A DNA stretch of 64,000 nt from an uncultured bacterium. Lineage in GTDB: Bacteria; Auribacterota; Erginobacteria; Erginobacterales; Erginobacteraceae. Below are positions 60,933 to 64,000 of the stretch, one piece after another. The stretch spans positions 73,104 through 137,103 of the forward strand of contig CAWGIE010000023.1 in NCBI GenBank assembly GCA_963822585.1, read 5' to 3'. The notes beneath the pieces are model-generated. The model was not told where the DNA came from, made no database searches, and saw only the letters and a list, made by a program, of their open reading frames with translations. Positions within the stretch are counted from its first letter, which is position 1; each line of letters opens with the position of its first letter. Both the position numbers and the translations under genes were made by a program.

Positions 60933-61114
60933 CCGTAAATCCCTGAGGTCACAGCTTCAGATCGAGGGCGGCCCCTTAAAATTATCCTTTCATTTATCAC
61001 CGGGGGCGTTCAACATATTTATCGCGAGAAGCCCCGATAAACCCCGATTAAAACTTCGGGCGGCTGCGGGGTAGACTAACGGCCCGAAGCCATCTCAATT
61101 AATCAAGGAGAAAA

Positions 61115-61354
61115 ATGAGAGAAAAGATCGCGTTCCTACTGGCGGCCGTGTGCCTGGCCGGCTGCGCCTCAACCACGACGCCGGACGAAAAGTTCAACAA
61201 AATCGACACCAACTGCGACCGATGCATTTCCTGGCAGGAATACAAGGCTTACCGGCCGGACGCGGATAAAGACTCTTTCCTGCGCGCCGACCAAAACCGG
61301 GATGAGAGGATCGACAGCAGCGAGTGGCGCCTCGGCGGAGGATATTTCTTTTGA
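61115..61354 (+). CDS. Small EF-hand lipoprotein
   Basis: LAGC lipobox; two EF-hand loops DTNCDRCISWQE and DQNRDERIDSSE; RBS aaggag. Confidence 0.75.
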   Translation: MREKIAFLLAAVCLAGCASTTTPDEKFNKIDTNCDRCISWQEYKAYRPDADKDSFLRADQNRDERIDSSEWRLGGGYFF

Positions 61355-61557
61355 TGACGAACCGAACGGAAATCACGGAAAAAGACCGGAAAGCGGCCCA
61401 GGGGTGTGTGGACTGCCCGATCTGCAAACGGGCCCGGAAGAAGCAGAAGGGAATCGCCTTTTTCTTCGTCAAATTCCTGGAACGGGGACTCTGTCCTGAC
61501 TGCCGGGCCTACGAGAAAGTATCCGGTCGGAAAGCCCACGAACCGCTCCCGGAATAA
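61354..61557 (+). CDS. Small Cys-rich hypothetical protein
   Basis: ATG overlaps the upstream TGA; CVDCPIC ... CPDC.AYE. Confidence 0.6.
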   Translation: MTNRTEITEKDRKAAQGCVDCPICKRARKKQKGIAFFFVKFLERGLCPDCRAYEKVSGRKAHEPLPE

Positions 61558-61631
61558 ACTGTCTCATGGGCTCCGGCACGACGCACAGAGACATCTAGTC
61601 CTGTGTTTTACAAATTTCTTGAAATAATCCG

Positions 61632-61712
61632 GTCATTGCGAGGAGCGAAGCGACGAAGCAATCTCTTTGGAACTTTAATGAGTTGAGATTGCTTCGCTGC
61701 GCCCGCAATGAC
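61632..61712. repeat. GTCATTGCGAG...GCAATGAC hairpin (REP/MITE-like) element
   Basis: gtcattgcgaggagcgaagcgacgaagcaatctc ... gagattgcttcgctgcgcccgcaatgac. Confidence 0.85.
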
Positions 61713-61756
61713 AAATAAATATCAATGTCTTTCTACGATACGATACCAGCCTAGCC

Positions 61757-62149
61757 ATGAAACATGATATCGATAATCCTGGGATTAAACTGCTGAAGGG
61801 GAAAACGGTGATCAAACTGCTCATCGCCGCCCTCCTTCTTTCTCCGTTTTCGGTTTCCATCGCCCGCGACGACCGGGAGAAGGCGGAGAGACGAAAGGAA
61901 GAAGCCCAGAGGGAAGTGGAGAGACGGAAGGAAGACGCCCGGGAAGAAGCGGAAAGACGAAGGGAAGAAACCCGGGAACGAAGAGAAGACGACTTCTGGT
62001 GGCGAAAAGAAAGGACGGCGTGGGGGCGGGAAGATGCCTGGGAACGGAGGGACCGGTTTATCTACTTTTCCCCCCGGGCCGGCGAGCGTAAGACGGATTC
62101 ATTTTTCCACTCTCGCCGGTTTGGCCGCTGGCCCCAACGCAGAAGATAA
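61757..62149 (+). CDS. Hypothetical secreted, highly charged (E/R/K repeat) protein
   Basis: Signal-like LLIAALLLSPFSVSIA followed by AERRKEEA-type repeats. Confidence 0.45.
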   Translation: MKHDIDNPGIKLLKGKTVIKLLIAALLLSPFSVSIARDDREKAERRKEEAQREVERRKEDAREEAERRREETRERREDDFWWRKERTAWGREDAWERRDRFIYFSPRAGERKTDSFFHSRRFGRWPQRRR

Positions 62150-62203
62150 GCCGGGATGATCCAGGCGTAATGAAAGATAACTTAGCGCTTCGCGCTAACT
62201 TAG

Positions 62204-62387
62204 TACATCTGTTCATAAATACGGTGTTATATCGAGGGCGTCGAGGCGCCCGGGCTGCAAGGCACGAGGAGGGAGAATACCCTTGCGGTATTTGACCGAC
62301 GAGCAACGCAGCAGCCCGGGCGGGCACCGACTCGCGAAGCGAGTTGGTCGCGGCGGCCGAATATCATCGTATTTATGAACCGGTGTA
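62204..62387. mobile_element. MITE-like element with ~20-bp terminal inverted repeats flanked by CTTAG direct repeats
   Basis: CTTAG|TACATCTGTTCATAAATACG ... CGTATTTATGAACCGGTGTA|CTTAG; internal long hairpin gcccgggctgc...gcagcccgggc; no coding capacity. Confidence 0.7.
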
Positions 62388-62392
62388 CTTAG

Positions 62393-62635
62393 GTAGCCGC
62401 ACCCTTTAGGGTGCGCAATAGACGCCCCGCCTAATACGGGACGACTACCATTAGAGGCTCATCAGCCTCAGACTGAAAATTCCGAAACAGGAACTTAGCG
62501 CCTTCGGCGCAACTTCGTGGTGCCCCGATCTAATCGGGGCCCCTGTTAAGCAAGGCTAAAGCCCTGTACTACGAAATTATTGTACGCTAGAGGCGCACCC
62601 CCGATAGCTATCGGGGAAATTCCGAAGCAGGAACC
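62393..62635. repeat. Cluster of REP-like hairpins
   Basis: gtagccgcaccctttagggtgcg; gccccgatctaatcggggc; ggctaaagcc; ccccgatagctatcgggg; aaattccgaa(a/g)caggaac occurs twice. Confidence 0.6.
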
Positions 62636-62698
62636 TTAACCATTAACCCGATTGATGCCGATCAGCCTACAGGCCCGAATCAAGTAAGGAGGCGAGAA

Positions 62699-63046
62699 AT
62701 GCCTTTGATGATGCTGAAATTATCGATCCCGCTCCCGGATAAAAAGCGGAGCGAACTCATGGCCGCCGCTTCCCGGATCGTTGCCGGGAGCATCGGCAAA
62801 CCCGAGCGGTACGTGATGGTCACGGTGGAGGAGACTCCCATTATCATGTCCGGCGAAGAAGGGCCGGCCGCTTTCGCCGACGTCCGGAGCATCGGCGGAC
62901 TGGGCGGGAAGGTAAACGGGGAGATCGCCCGGAAACTCTGCGCCCTGCTGGAGGAAATGCTCGAGATCCCCCCCGGCCGGGTCTACCTCACCTTCACCGA
63001 CGTTCCCGCGGCTAATTGGGGACACGACGGCGCCACCTTCGGCTGA
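62699..63046 (+). CDS. MIF / phenylpyruvate tautomerase family protein
   Basis: N-terminal Met-Pro (catalytic Pro1), GKPERYVMV, SIGG, RVYL.F.D...NWG.DG.TF; RBS ggagg. Confidence 0.88.
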   Translation: MPLMMLKLSIPLPDKKRSELMAAASRIVAGSIGKPERYVMVTVEETPIIMSGEEGPAAFADVRSIGGLGGKVNGEIARKLCALLEEMLEIPPGRVYLTFTDVPAANWGHDGATFG

Positions 63047-63173
63047 CGCCGGCGGCCGCCAATTTTCCTTTACCTTACTTTTATCCCTGCGGACTCAGAA
63101 CGTCGTCCCGGTGGACGCGCGGGCGCAGGCGGCCAGACGTAGGCTGGAAGACACCGCGACCCCCTTCCTTTTT

Positions 63174-63788
63174 CTATTCCGGATGCTCGATCACTCTCAT
63201 GGCTTTTTTTATCTCGTCAAGGGAGTGACCGGCGGCACCGACGTAATCGTACCATTCCCGGACGGCCTCTTTCTGCGCCTCCGTCCGGGGGTGATCGGCA
63301 AATGAGATCAGGTTGATGAAGGCTTCCTCCCGGGCAAAGGTGCGATGGTAGGGAGAGCGCTTTATCCATTTGACCAGAGGATCGTTTTCATCCGGGAAGG
63401 CCTTGGCGATGAACGGATCGTAATCGTGCAGCCGGCGATTGTGCAGGTGGAACATTTCGTGGAATACCCACTGTTCGTTGGAAATATCCCCCGGGAACCA
63501 CTCTTTATCCACGCTGGGCAGATAGATCCCGGTGGGGAGATGACCCGTCGGGTCGGGGCCGGCGAATCCCTCCGGAGGATTCGGTTCGCCAAAAACCGTC
63601 GGCCGTTCAACGTCGGCCGTCACGACGATCACGACGTCGGGAAGAAAATGAACGGGGCAGAGGCTTTTCAGTTTGGCCATGGATATCTCGAAGGAATCGT
63701 CGCCGGCAAACGCACTCTGACAAATTGATCCAAATAATAGAATACCCGCTGCAAGGATATGCAGCCGGTTAGCCGATATTGTCATCAT
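63174..63788 (-). CDS. Secreted hypothetical protein with HExxH motif (possible Zn metallopeptidase)
   Basis: Signal peptide ending AFA; VFHEMFHL and a downstream EE. Confidence 0.55.
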   Translation of the reverse strand: MMTISANRLHILAAGILLFGSICQSAFAGDDSFEISMAKLKSLCPVHFLPDVVIVVTADVERPTVFGEPNPPEGFAGPDPTGHLPTGIYLPSVDKEWFPGDISNEQWVFHEMFHLHNRRLHDYDPFIAKAFPDENDPLVKWIKRSPYHRTFAREEAFINLISFADHPRTEAQKEAVREWYDYVGAAGHSLDEIKKAMRVIEHPE

Positions 63789-63856
63789 TCACACCCGATT
63801 CCCTTTTTCTTTCTTGTCCCAGTGTTATGTCTCACAAATTTCTCCATATAATCAGG

Positions 63857-63987
63857 TCATCGCGGGGAGCGAAGCGATCTCCCCTGCCTCTGTCATCGCG
63901 AGGAGCGAAGCGACGAAGCGATCTCAATTTACGAACAGAATAAGTTATCTTCCACAGACTTGAGATTTCTTTGCTGCGCTCGCAATG
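63857..63987. repeat. GTCAT(C/T)GCGAG hairpin family element with a partial tandem duplication
   Basis: gtcatcgcggggagcgaagcgatctc, then gtcatcgcgaggagcgaagcgacgaagcgatctc ... gagatttc..gctgcgctcgcaatg. Confidence 0.8.
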
Positions 63988-64000
63988 GACAAATATATAT

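Overview
Bacterial window (GC-rich core with lower-GC blocks; I cannot assign a taxon from the sequence alone). It is almost entirely a large cell-surface glycan locus: two Wzm/Wzt ABC exporters, a Wzx/Wzy/Wzz set, a priming sugar-phosphate transferase, GDP-fucose synthase, many GT2/GT4 and membrane GT-C glycosyltransferases, methyltransferases, sulfatase-like proteins, an arylsulfotransferase and a GH29 fucosidase. Two things stand out. (1) About 493 bp of foreign sequence (22224-22716) splits a GT4 gene. On the + strand 22223-22685 (463 bp) contains no cytosine while G content is normal and T is inflated, which is the signature of near-complete one-strand C->T deamination. This is either a chimeric converted-library read or real deaminase hypermutation. 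(2) A bacterial microcompartment (BMC) operon (29815-36841) is embedded in the glycan locus and appears co-transcribed with it. It encodes BMC-T, BMC-H, BMC-P, an aldehyde dehydrogenase and a class II aldolase with encapsulation peptides, PduS-like and PduT-like proteins, and an inserted methyltransferase. The window also holds a secreted protein with six DUF1566-like domains, several duplicated-then-decayed gene pairs, families of 7/8/9-bp-periodic palindromic intergenic repeats, a MITE-like element, and several homopolymer frameshifts that may be sequencing errors. No rRNA, tRNA, CRISPR array, transposase or reverse transcriptase was seen.
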